The position numbers and the translations under genes are program-made. A stretch of DNA of 33,231 nt. Source: Acidimicrobiia bacterium. GTDB lineage: Bacteria; Acidobacteriota; Vicinamibacteria; Vicinamibacterales; UBA2999. This document shows, piece by piece, positions 26,896 through 33,231 of the stretch. The notes beneath the pieces are model-generated. The model had not been told where the DNA came from. It was given only the letters and a program-made list of their open reading frames with translations, and made no database searches. Location of the stretch: the NCBI GenBank assembly GCA_043779345.1, contig JAYWEJ010000300.1, forward strand, positions 1 through 33,231. Reading direction: 5' to 3'. How positions within the stretch are numbered: the first letter of the stretch is position 1; each line of letters begins with the position of its first letter.

Positions 26896-26944
26896 CCGAC
26901 AGTGTCAGCCGGCCCGCCTCAGGCGGGGCATCGGGATCCCTCTT

Positions 26945-27199
26945 ATGCATGTCGAATTTCTAGGCGTCTCACGCGACCGCGCCGGCATCGCGGACATCGA
27001 CGTTCAAGCGGAGACGCTGGGACGGTTGCTGGAGACGCTGGCGGCGCAGATGCCGGGGTTGGCTCCGCTGATCGTCGTCGATCGACTGCACCCGTCGCTC
27101 GCGGCCAATCTCAATGGCGATCGCTTCATCAGCGATCCGGAGACACCCCTTGGTGACGACGACCGAGTGCTGATTCTCTCAGCCGACGCCGGAGGGTAA
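26945..27199 (+). CDS. MoaD/ThiS-family ubiquitin-like sulfur-carrier protein
   Basis: 84 aa ending in the diagnostic Gly-Gly (LSADAGG-stop). It lies immediately upstream of the AOR gene, with 1 nt between its stop and the AOR start. Confidence 0.7.
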   Translation: MHVEFLGVSRDRAGIADIDVQAETLGRLLETLAAQMPGLAPLIVVDRLHPSLAANLNGDRFISDPETPLGDDDRVLILSADAGG

Positions 27200-27200
27200 C

Positions 27201-28940
27201 GTGCCGTTCGGTTATCACGGCTGCTACCTCCGCATCGACCTATCGCACCCCTCGACTTCGCTCGGGGTTGCGCTCGTGCCGCTGGCCGAGACGGTCCTGC
27301 GTCAGTTCATTGGCGGCAGCGGCCTCGGGGTGCGGCTGCTGCTCGACGAAGGGCGCGCGCACAGCGACGCGCTCGATCCCCGTGCTCCTCTCATCTTTGC
27401 CTTCAGTCCTCTGGTTGGCAGCTCGCTCACCACCTCGGCGAAGTTTGCCGTCGTCAGCAAGAGTCCGCTGACCAATCGCATCAACGACTCGCTCGCCAGC
27501 AGCGGCTTTGCCATCGCCGGCAAGAGCTGCGGCTGCGACGCCATTGTCATCGTCGGACGCGCCTCCGAGCTTTCGGTTCTGATCATTGAAGACGATCAGG
27601 TGCGCGTGGAATCCGCGGCTGACTGTGCCGGCATGACGTGCCAGGCAACGGACACGCAGTTGCGGGCGCGTCTCGGCGCGAACTTTCGGATCGCCACCAT
27701 CGGTGCCGCGGGGGAGAAGGGGGTCCGCTACGCCACCATCTCGCACGACGGCCGCCATGCCGGCCGCGGTGGCAGCGGCGCCGTGATGGGCGCCAAGAAC
27801 ATCAAGGCGATCGCCGTCAGGGGCACGCAGCGTGCCGAGTGGGCGCACCCGCGCCAGATGACCGCGATCAGCAAGGACCTGTCGCGGCGATCGTTCGGTC
27901 CGGCGACGGCGAAGTACCGCGACCTTGGCACCGCCACCAACCTGTTGACGTTCAACCGCTTCGGCGCGCTGCCAACGCGAAACTTTCAGACCGGCACGTT
28001 CGCTGAAGCGGAGAATCTTTCCGCCGAGCAGCTCACCGCCACGCGCGCGAAGACGACAGACAGTTGCGTGACGTGCACGATCGGCTGCGAGCATCTCTAC
28101 GCGACACCCAACGGCGCTGTCCGCGTGGAGTATGAGAGCCTGTTCGCGCTTGGGTCACTGTGCGGCGTCGGCGACGCCGACGTCGTGTTGCGGGCATCAC
28201 AGCGATGCGACGAGCTTGGTCTCGACACCATCAGCACTGGCGGGACGATCGCCTTTGCGATGGAGTGCGTCGAGCGCGGCTGGCTCGATGCGCCATGGCT
28301 GGTGTTTGGCAGCGGCGACGCGCTGCTGCGTGCGATCGATGAGATTGGCTCGCGCGACGGCGTCGGCGATCTGCTCGCAGACGGCAGCCGCGCCGCGGCG
28401 CACGCGATTGGGCACAACAGCATCGCGATCGCGGCACAAGTCAAGGGCCTCGAGATGCCCGGCTATGAGCCGCGGGCGTTGCAGACCATGGCGCTCGGGC
28501 TTGCCGTCGGCGCGCGGGGCGCCGATCACAATCGCAGCGGCGCCTATGAAGTGGACTTCTCGGACAAGGTCGACCGCCGACATGCCACGCTGGAGTCGGT
28601 TCGCCACGCCATCGACACGGAAGACCGGGCGGCGCTGATGGACTCGCTGATCGTCTGCAAATTCCTCCGCGGCGTGTTCGAGGATTTTCATGGCGAGATG
28701 GCGGCGATGTTGCGCAGTGTCACCGGCTGGGACGTCACCGCCAGCGAACTGCGCGACACCGCCGCACGCATCGTCGCCGCCAAGCGCGAGTTCAATCTGC
28801 TGGCCGGCTGGACCCGGGACGAAGACACGCTGCCCGAACGGTTTTTCGATTCGCCGCTTCCCAACGATGCCATGGCGCGCCTCGGCCGCGAGCAGCTCGA
28901 CGCGCTCGTGGCGGAGTATCACAGGCAACGCGGCTGGTAA
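27201..28940 (+). CDS. aor: Aldehyde:ferredoxin oxidoreductase family (tungsto-/molybdo-pterin) enzyme
   Basis: N-terminus MPFGYHGCYLRIDLS...FIGGSGLG. The 4Fe-4S ligands are CVTCTIGC (Cx2Cx3C). Pterin-binding region: EMPGYEPRALQTMALGLAVGARGADHNRSGAY. GTG start at 27201. Confidence 0.9.
   Translation: MPFGYHGCYLRIDLSHPSTSLGVALVPLAETVLRQFIGGSGLGVRLLLDEGRAHSDALDPRAPLIFAFSPLVGSSLTTSAKFAVVSKSPLTNRINDSLASSGFAIAGKSCGCDAIVIVGRASELSVLIIEDDQVRVESAADCAGMTCQATDTQLRARLGANFRIATIGAAGEKGVRYATISHDGRHAGRGGSGAVMGAKNIKAIAVRGTQRAEWAHPRQMTAISKDLSRRSFGPATAKYRDLGTATNLLTFNRFGALPTRNFQTGTFAEAENLSAEQLTATRAKTTDSCVTCTIGCEHLYATPNGAVRVEYESLFALGSLCGVGDADVVLRASQRCDELGLDTISTGGTIAFAMECVERGWLDAPWLVFGSGDALLRAIDEIGSRDGVGDLLADGSRAAAHAIGHNSIAIAAQVKGLEMPGYEPRALQTMALGLAVGARGADHNRSGAYEVDFSDKVDRRHATLESVRHAIDTEDRAALMDSLIVCKFLRGVFEDFHGEMAAMLRSVTGWDVTASELRDTAARIVAAKREFNLLAGWTRDEDTLPERFFDSPLPNDAMARLGREQLDALVAEYHRQRGW
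27249..27266. repeat. Family C repeat, solo arm embedded in frame in the AOR coding sequence
   Basis: CCCTCGACTTCGCTCGGG is identical over 18 nt to 20688-20705. It is translated in the same relative frame (HPSTSLG) in both places. Confidence 0.7.
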
Positions 28941-28943
28941 GGA

Positions 28944-28983
28944 ACGTAGGGGCGGGTCTTCAGACCCGCCCGTCAGGCGGGAC
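28944..28983. repeat. REP-like GC-rich palindrome (family A, copy 2) with two overlapping hairpins; probable bidirectional terminator
   Basis: GGGGCGGGTC-TTCA-GACCCGCCCG (28949-28972) overlaps CCCGCC-CGTCA-GGCGGG (28965-28981). It sits between the convergent aor and mobA genes. Confidence 0.6.
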
Positions 28984-29003
28984 TAAAGTCGCGCCTCTAC
29001 GTG

Positions 29004-29603
29004 CTATAGGCCGGCGTCAGAGAGCGCCTCGCGATAGTCCTCGGGTGTGTTGAGGTTCCGCAGCGTCCTGAGCTCCGGATCGACCACGGTCATTTCCTCC
29101 GGCTGGACGCGGCGCGTGCGCACGGCGTCGAAGAGGAACGCGGGCCGCAATCGATCGCCCGCGAGCAGCGACTCGACGTGCGCGAGCGTGTTGCGCCGGT
29201 AAACCGCCGAGAGCGGATGCGGAAAGCCGTCAACTTCCATGACGGCGATATCGTGATCGCCCATCAGAGCGATCATCCGTTCGACAAACGCCGGCACCAG
29301 CAGCGGGACGTCGCAGCTCGTGATGTAGGCCGCATCGATCGACTCCGGCAGAGCGCTCAAGCCGGCGCGGATTCCTTCAAGCGGCCCTTTCGCCTCGCGC
29401 TCGTCCCTGGTGACGCTGACCCCGTCTGGCAGCGGCGGGAGCGCCTGCTCGCGTGCGGCGACAACAACTATAGGACAGACCACCGTGCCCAACAGCCGAA
29501 CGACGCGTTGCAGCATGGTCTCGGCGCCGAACGGCAGCGTGGCCTTGGGTGCTCCCATTCGAGTCGACTTGCCGCCGCACAAGATGATGCCGCCAAAGGT
29601 CAC
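29004..29603 (-). CDS. mobA: Molybdenum cofactor guanylyltransferase
   Basis: N-terminal GIILCGGKSTRMG nucleotide-binding motif; 199 aa. The GTG start overlaps the upstream GGDEF stop (GTGA). Confidence 0.85.
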   Translation of the reverse strand: MTFGGIILCGGKSTRMGAPKATLPFGAETMLQRVVRLLGTVVCPIVVVAAREQALPPLPDGVSVTRDEREAKGPLEGIRAGLSALPESIDAAYITSCDVPLLVPAFVERMIALMGDHDIAVMEVDGFPHPLSAVYRRNTLAHVESLLAGDRLRPAFLFDAVRTRRVQPEEMTVVDPELRTLRNLNTPEDYREALSDAGL

Positions 29604-30844
29604 GCAGTGCTTTCGTCGAGCATCAAGCGATTGCGTCCAGCTGCTTTGGCGCGGTACAAGGTCGCGTCGGCGGCGTCCAGGACCAACTCGGGTGTGGAGT
29701 GTCGCTTCGATCGCTCTGCGATGCCGATGCTGATGCTGATGTCGACCCTCGCGGCACTCGTCGGCCCCGTCTCCTGTGCCGGTCGCGGCTTGCGTGCCGG
29801 CCGATCGGGACCGCGCACGACAAACCCGGCGTCGGCGATGGAACGGCGCAGCGACTCCGCGAACGGCTCTGCCTCCCTCGCTGAGCGGCCTCGAAACACG
29901 ACGAGAAATTCCTCGCCGCCGTAGCGGAACGCGCGCCCGCCACCGCCCACTTGCGACAACTTCGCCGCGACCATCTTGAGCACCTGGTCTCCGACGTCAT
30001 GGCCGTAGGCGTCATTGAACTTCTTGAAATGGTCCACGTCGCACATCGCGATCGCGTAGGTGCCGCCCAACTGTTCCATGACATTGTTGAATGCCCTGCG
30101 GCCGGGCAGACCGGTGAGCTCGTCACGGAATGCGATGTCATACCCATGTTCGAGTACCGCGAAGATCAGGATGAGGCCTGCTGTGCCCGAGTAGAAGAAG
30201 AGCGCGTCCGAGACCGCGCCTTTAGGCCCCGCCTCCAGTTGGTTCAAGCCCAGAAACATCGCCACCAATGCCCACAGCATTCCTTGCTCGACTTTGGTGC
30301 GCCTGCGGAAAACCAGCGTCAGAAGGGTGAGCGCTCCGATTGCAAACGAGAGCTGCGCGATCCACGGCAACCCCACATTCACGCCAAACCCTTCGCTCCA
30401 AGCGAGAGGCGGCCAGTTCGGACCATTCCTCTGTGCGATCCACATCAGCCCGAACGGTTGTGCGGCGACGATCCCGAGCTTGAGAAGGCCACCGAACGTC
30501 ATCAACCCGCGCTCTTTCGACACCGCGAGGACGCTGAGGTTGAGGGGAAGGAGGATCGCTACGGCAAGCTTCACCATGGTGGAATCGGTGACCCATGGCC
30601 CAAGCACGAGAACGGTCAGGACGACGGCCGCGGCGCTGCAGAGCAATCGGGCTTGGTCGTAGTACATGCTCAGAAGCACACCGACCACAAGCGCGTCGAA
30701 GCAGAAATAGGCCGCGTACGGCGCCGCGGCACTTCGCACCACTTCTTCGCGCTGAACTGCCCAGGTCGCGAGCACCAGCACGCCCCCTGGCACCAGCAGG
30801 CTCGCGAGAAACCGTAGTGTGATGAGCGGGCGTTCCATGGTCAT
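29600..30844 (-). CDS. Membrane-bound diguanylate cyclase (GGDEF domain)
   Basis: The N-terminal half is polytopic and hydrophobic. The C-terminal GGDEF domain has an RYGGEEF active site and upstream DVDHFKKFNDAYGH. Confidence 0.85.
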   Translation of the reverse strand: MTMERPLITLRFLASLLVPGGVLVLATWAVQREEVVRSAAAPYAAYFCFDALVVGVLLSMYYDQARLLCSAAAVVLTVLVLGPWVTDSTMVKLAVAILLPLNLSVLAVSKERGLMTFGGLLKLGIVAAQPFGLMWIAQRNGPNWPPLAWSEGFGVNVGLPWIAQLSFAIGALTLLTLVFRRRTKVEQGMLWALVAMFLGLNQLEAGPKGAVSDALFFYSGTAGLILIFAVLEHGYDIAFRDELTGLPGRRAFNNVMEQLGGTYAIAMCDVDHFKKFNDAYGHDVGDQVLKMVAAKLSQVGGGGRAFRYGGEEFLVVFRGRSAREAEPFAESLRRSIADAGFVVRGPDRPARKPRPAQETGPTSAARVDISISIGIAERSKRHSTPELVLDAADATLYRAKAAGRNRLMLDESTA

Positions 30845-30865
30845 GCCGGCGCCTCGATGCCCCGG

Positions 30866-32038
30866 CTAAATCGACCGACGGCGAAAGAGCAGCACGAGGG
30901 CGACCCCCCATCCGGCTATGGCAAACCACAGCGCCGGCTGTTTGACTAGAGCAGGAACCGTCGCGGGCGGCACTGGCGCGGGTGCCGCGGGCGGCGCCGG
31001 CGCTGCCTCGATGCGCTCAATTTTCGGGGGAGGTGCGGACGTCTTGCCGGCGGCTGCTTCCGCTCTCCTCAGTTTCGCCAGCTCGTTGCGCGCGTCTCTC
31101 AAGTCGCTCTCTAACTGGCGCATCAAGAGACCGCCGACCGCACCCATCGCGAGGGCACGAGCATTCTCCGCGCTCTGCGCCGACGTGCGGGCAAACTGGG
31201 CGACCGCTTGATCCTTCGGGTCTTTCTCGTAGGCGGCTTCGGCCCGAGTCAGGAACGTCCTGGCCTGCTTGAGCGCTTCGTGGGTGTAGGCCTCTTCTTT
31301 CATGTTCGCGTTGATCTTGCCGTCGCCCGCCAGTACGCCCGACTTCGACGCGAGCTCCACTGCTTTACGCGCCTGAAGAAGCTGATTGGGAATGCCGGCG
31401 ACCGCGGCGCCACGGGTCGTATCGTAGGCCGCGTAATGCGTGAAGAAGAACAGCTCGCCCTTGATCGGGAGCGCCGCGTTCGCGCTCCTGGGAACTTGCC
31501 TCACGCTGTAGAGGACGACCTGCGCGCTCGGATCGACGACGGCGTAGTTCGGCTCGGCGGTGACCATGAGCCAGAACGTTTGGTATGGAGTGGTCAGGTT
31601 GACGGGAATCGGCTGTTCGTCTGCGAAGGTGATCTCCCCGAGGTTGGACGCCTTGCCATCCACCGAAACGGCCCATAACACATACGTCAGGAAGTCCTTC
31701 CCCAACCTGTGCGCGGGCACCAGGCCTGAAATCCCGCCGCGGTTGATGTCCAGTTCGACGAAGCCCGGACGGCTGCCAATCTTGACTTTGATCTGGGCTT
31801 TTGGAGCCAGGCGCGTGCCACGCATCTGCACGTCCGTCGAGTCCGCGAGGTGCCGGTAACTGAGGATCTGACCTTCGGGCTCCTTGACTTCGATCACCTT
31901 CAGCGGGACGGTTCTGTGGGCGAGTGTCTGCGCGTCCGCAAACGACGCCATCGCGGAGGCCAACATCAACAAAATCAGCGGGTTGACCCGATACCGCACC
32001 GGAAAGGCCAACGCAAAACTCCAGTTCTTCTCGAGCAT
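30866..32038 (-). CDS. Hypothetical exported protein with helical region, Pro/Ala-rich spacer and C-terminal membrane anchor
   Basis: Signal-like N-terminus (LILLMLASAMASFADA), a beta-rich domain and a coiled helical segment. A PAPPAAPAPVPP spacer precedes the terminal helix ALWFAIAGWGVALVLLF. It lies 21 nt upstream of the GGDEF gene. Confidence 0.6.
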   Translation of the reverse strand: MLEKNWSFALAFPVRYRVNPLILLMLASAMASFADAQTLAHRTVPLKVIEVKEPEGQILSYRHLADSTDVQMRGTRLAPKAQIKVKIGSRPGFVELDINRGGISGLVPAHRLGKDFLTYVLWAVSVDGKASNLGEITFADEQPIPVNLTTPYQTFWLMVTAEPNYAVVDPSAQVVLYSVRQVPRSANAALPIKGELFFFTHYAAYDTTRGAAVAGIPNQLLQARKAVELASKSGVLAGDGKINANMKEEAYTHEALKQARTFLTRAEAAYEKDPKDQAVAQFARTSAQSAENARALAMGAVGGLLMRQLESDLRDARNELAKLRRAEAAAGKTSAPPPKIERIEAAPAPPAAPAPVPPATVPALVKQPALWFAIAGWGVALVLLFRRRSI

Positions 32039-32084
32039 TGACCCATGTTATCGGCAGGTTGGGTGCTGGCCAGAGGCCGCGCCG

Positions 32085-32127
32085 TTTACTACTATCAGTT
32101 TGACAGTAGTATCAAAACGACAGTAGG
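32085..32127 (+). promoter_or_regulatory. Candidate PadR operator overlapping a candidate promoter
   Basis: Inverted repeat TACTACTATCA-GTT-TGACAGTAGTA (32087-32111; 10 of 11 positions pair per arm). A third half-site, GACAGTAG, lies at 32119-32126. Possible TTTACT (32085-32090) - 16 nt - TAGTAT (32107-32112). ATG at 32131. Confidence 0.5.
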
Positions 32128-32130
32128 CTG

Positions 32131-32496
32131 ATGCGCATGACCCAGGATCGCGACCGCATCGATCGTTTTCTGCCGCTCAAGCCGTTCGTACTGGACGTCT
32201 TGCTCGAGCTGGCCGAGGGCAAGAAGCATGGCTGGGCGCTGATTCGCGATCTGCAGCAGCGCGATGGCGGCGATCGCATCCTGCCAACGAATTTCTATCG
32301 AACGCTGCGGGCGCTTCGAGACGACGGGCTGATTGAAGAAGCGAAGGGCGATGCCAAGGAGGACGCGTCCGAGCGCCGTCAGTACTTCAACCTGACGACG
32401 CGTGGCGCAACGGTCGCCCGGGCGGAAGTCAGGCGGCTCGAGGCATTGGTGGTCGATCCCAGAGCGAGGAAGCTCCTGAAGGCCCGTTATCCATGA
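32131..32496 (+). CDS. PadR-family transcriptional regulator
   Basis: Winged-helix core LDVLLELAEGKKHGWALIRDL...FYRTLRALRDDGLIE...RRQYFNLTTRG. 121 aa. Confidence 0.85.
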   Translation: MRMTQDRDRIDRFLPLKPFVLDVLLELAEGKKHGWALIRDLQQRDGGDRILPTNFYRTLRALRDDGLIEEAKGDAKEDASERRQYFNLTTRGATVARAEVRRLEALVVDPRARKLLKARYP

Positions 32497-33231
32497 AGGC
32501 CAGCCGCTCGCTATACCGATGGCTGCTCCGGTTGTGTCCAGCCGATCTGCGGCGTGAGTTCGGCGACGAGATGGCAGCGATCTTTCTGCAGTCGCTGCAC
32601 CGCGCGCGCGGGATCGGCAAGGCGCGGGTGTGGGCGCGGGCGCTGTCGGACGTGATCAGGCACGGGCTGGGCGCCCGGCAGGATAGCTGGCAGAAATTCA
32701 GGAAGACCTCGGCGTACGTCGAGTCGGAACTCGTAGGATGGTGGATGGATACGCTTCGATACGATCTCCGGCACGCGATTCGAGCGATGTCGCGGCAGCC
32801 CGCCACCAGCCTGATCATCGTGGTGACGCTGGCGCTGGCGATCGGCGCCAACACCGCCGTGTTCTCCGCGGTTCATACCGTGCTGATCCGGCCGTTGCCG
32901 TACCCGCAACCTGAATCCCTGGTGATGTTGTGGGAGAAGCGCGAAGCCGAGGGCGTGATGAAGAACGCCGTCTCGCCCGCCGACTACCTCGACTGGGCGC
33001 GGACCGCGACGTCGTTTACCGGGATGGCGGCGATGACGGAAGTCACTGCCGACCTCACCGGTGAAGGCGACCCGGAGAAGGTGACGCTGGCGGCGGTGTC
33101 GGCGCCGTACTTCGAGGTGTTCGGGACCGGGCCGTTGCATGGCCGGACCTTCGAGCCAGGCGATTACACCCTTACCAACCGTGCCGTCATCCTCGGTCAC
33201 GCGCTCTGGCGGCAGCGCTTCGGCGGCGATC
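32493..33231 (+). CDS. ABC-transporter permease of the MacB/FtsX type (ADOP-family N-terminus); 3' end outside the window
   Basis: It is not in the ORF track because no stop is reached. ATG 32493 overlaps the PadR stop (ATGA). The translation reads MKASRSLYRWLLRLCPADLRREFGDEM...DTLRYDLRHAIRAMSRQPATSLIIVVTLALAIGANTAVFS...LPYPQPESLVML, the characteristic leader, first TM helix and MacB-like periplasmic domain start. Confidence 0.8.
   Translation, partial: MKASRSLYRWLLRLCPADLRREFGDEMAAIFLQSLHRARGIGKARVWARALSDVIRHGLGARQDSWQKFRKTSAYVESELVGWWMDTLRYDLRHAIRAMSRQPATSLIIVVTLALAIGANTAVFSAVHTVLIRPLPYPQPESLVMLWEKREAEGVMKNAVSPADYLDWARTATSFTGMAAMTEVTADLTGEGDPEKVTLAAVSAPYFEVFGTGPLHGRTFEPGDYTLTNRAVILGHALWRQRFGGD

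Noticed and set aside
26896-26944. Moco riboswitch upstream of the MoaD-like/AOR or fds genes
   Set aside because: The spacer is only 49 bp, far shorter than the Moco RNA motif, and contains only one simple hairpin.

Overview
High-GC bacterial chromosomal segment (about two-thirds G+C by eye), most likely Acidobacteriota: a PadR regulator is translationally coupled to an ADOP/MacB-type permease at the 3' edge, and many proteins carry signal peptides. About 36 protein genes are supportable. I saw no rRNA, tRNA, CRISPR array, transposase, integrase or phage gene. Left to right: (1) a coupled lipid-type cassette of adenylation-ACP-thioester reductase (5' truncated), cytochrome P450 and a PAP2_C-like membrane enzyme; (2) housekeeping and accessory genes: DEAD-box helicase, GNAT, serine hydrolase, PQQ-like beta-propeller, PIN/antitoxin pair, MBL-fold hydrolase, DinB; (3) a divergently transcribed set of exported proteins: cytochrome c'-type fusion, two paralogous creatininase-fold proteins with non-canonical metal motifs, a TPM protein and a Cys-rich protein; (4) a membrane protein/ECF sigma/anti-sigma operon with an anomalous sigma 5' end; (5) pssA, amidohydrolase, small secreted protein, VOC enzyme; (6) a Mo/W-enzyme island: NAD-type formate dehydrogenase fdsGB and fdsA split by an exported Ig-like gene, MoaD-like protein, aldehyde:ferredoxin oxidoreductase, mobA coupled to a GGDEF cyclase. 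Three families of small palindromic or tandem repeats sit at gene boundaries, and two of them run into coding sequence. The best candidates for undescribed biology are the exported creatininase-like/cytochrome module, the lipid cassette and the Ig-like gene inside the fds operon. Nothing matches a defence system I recognise. All calls rest on reading motifs by eye; no searches were run.
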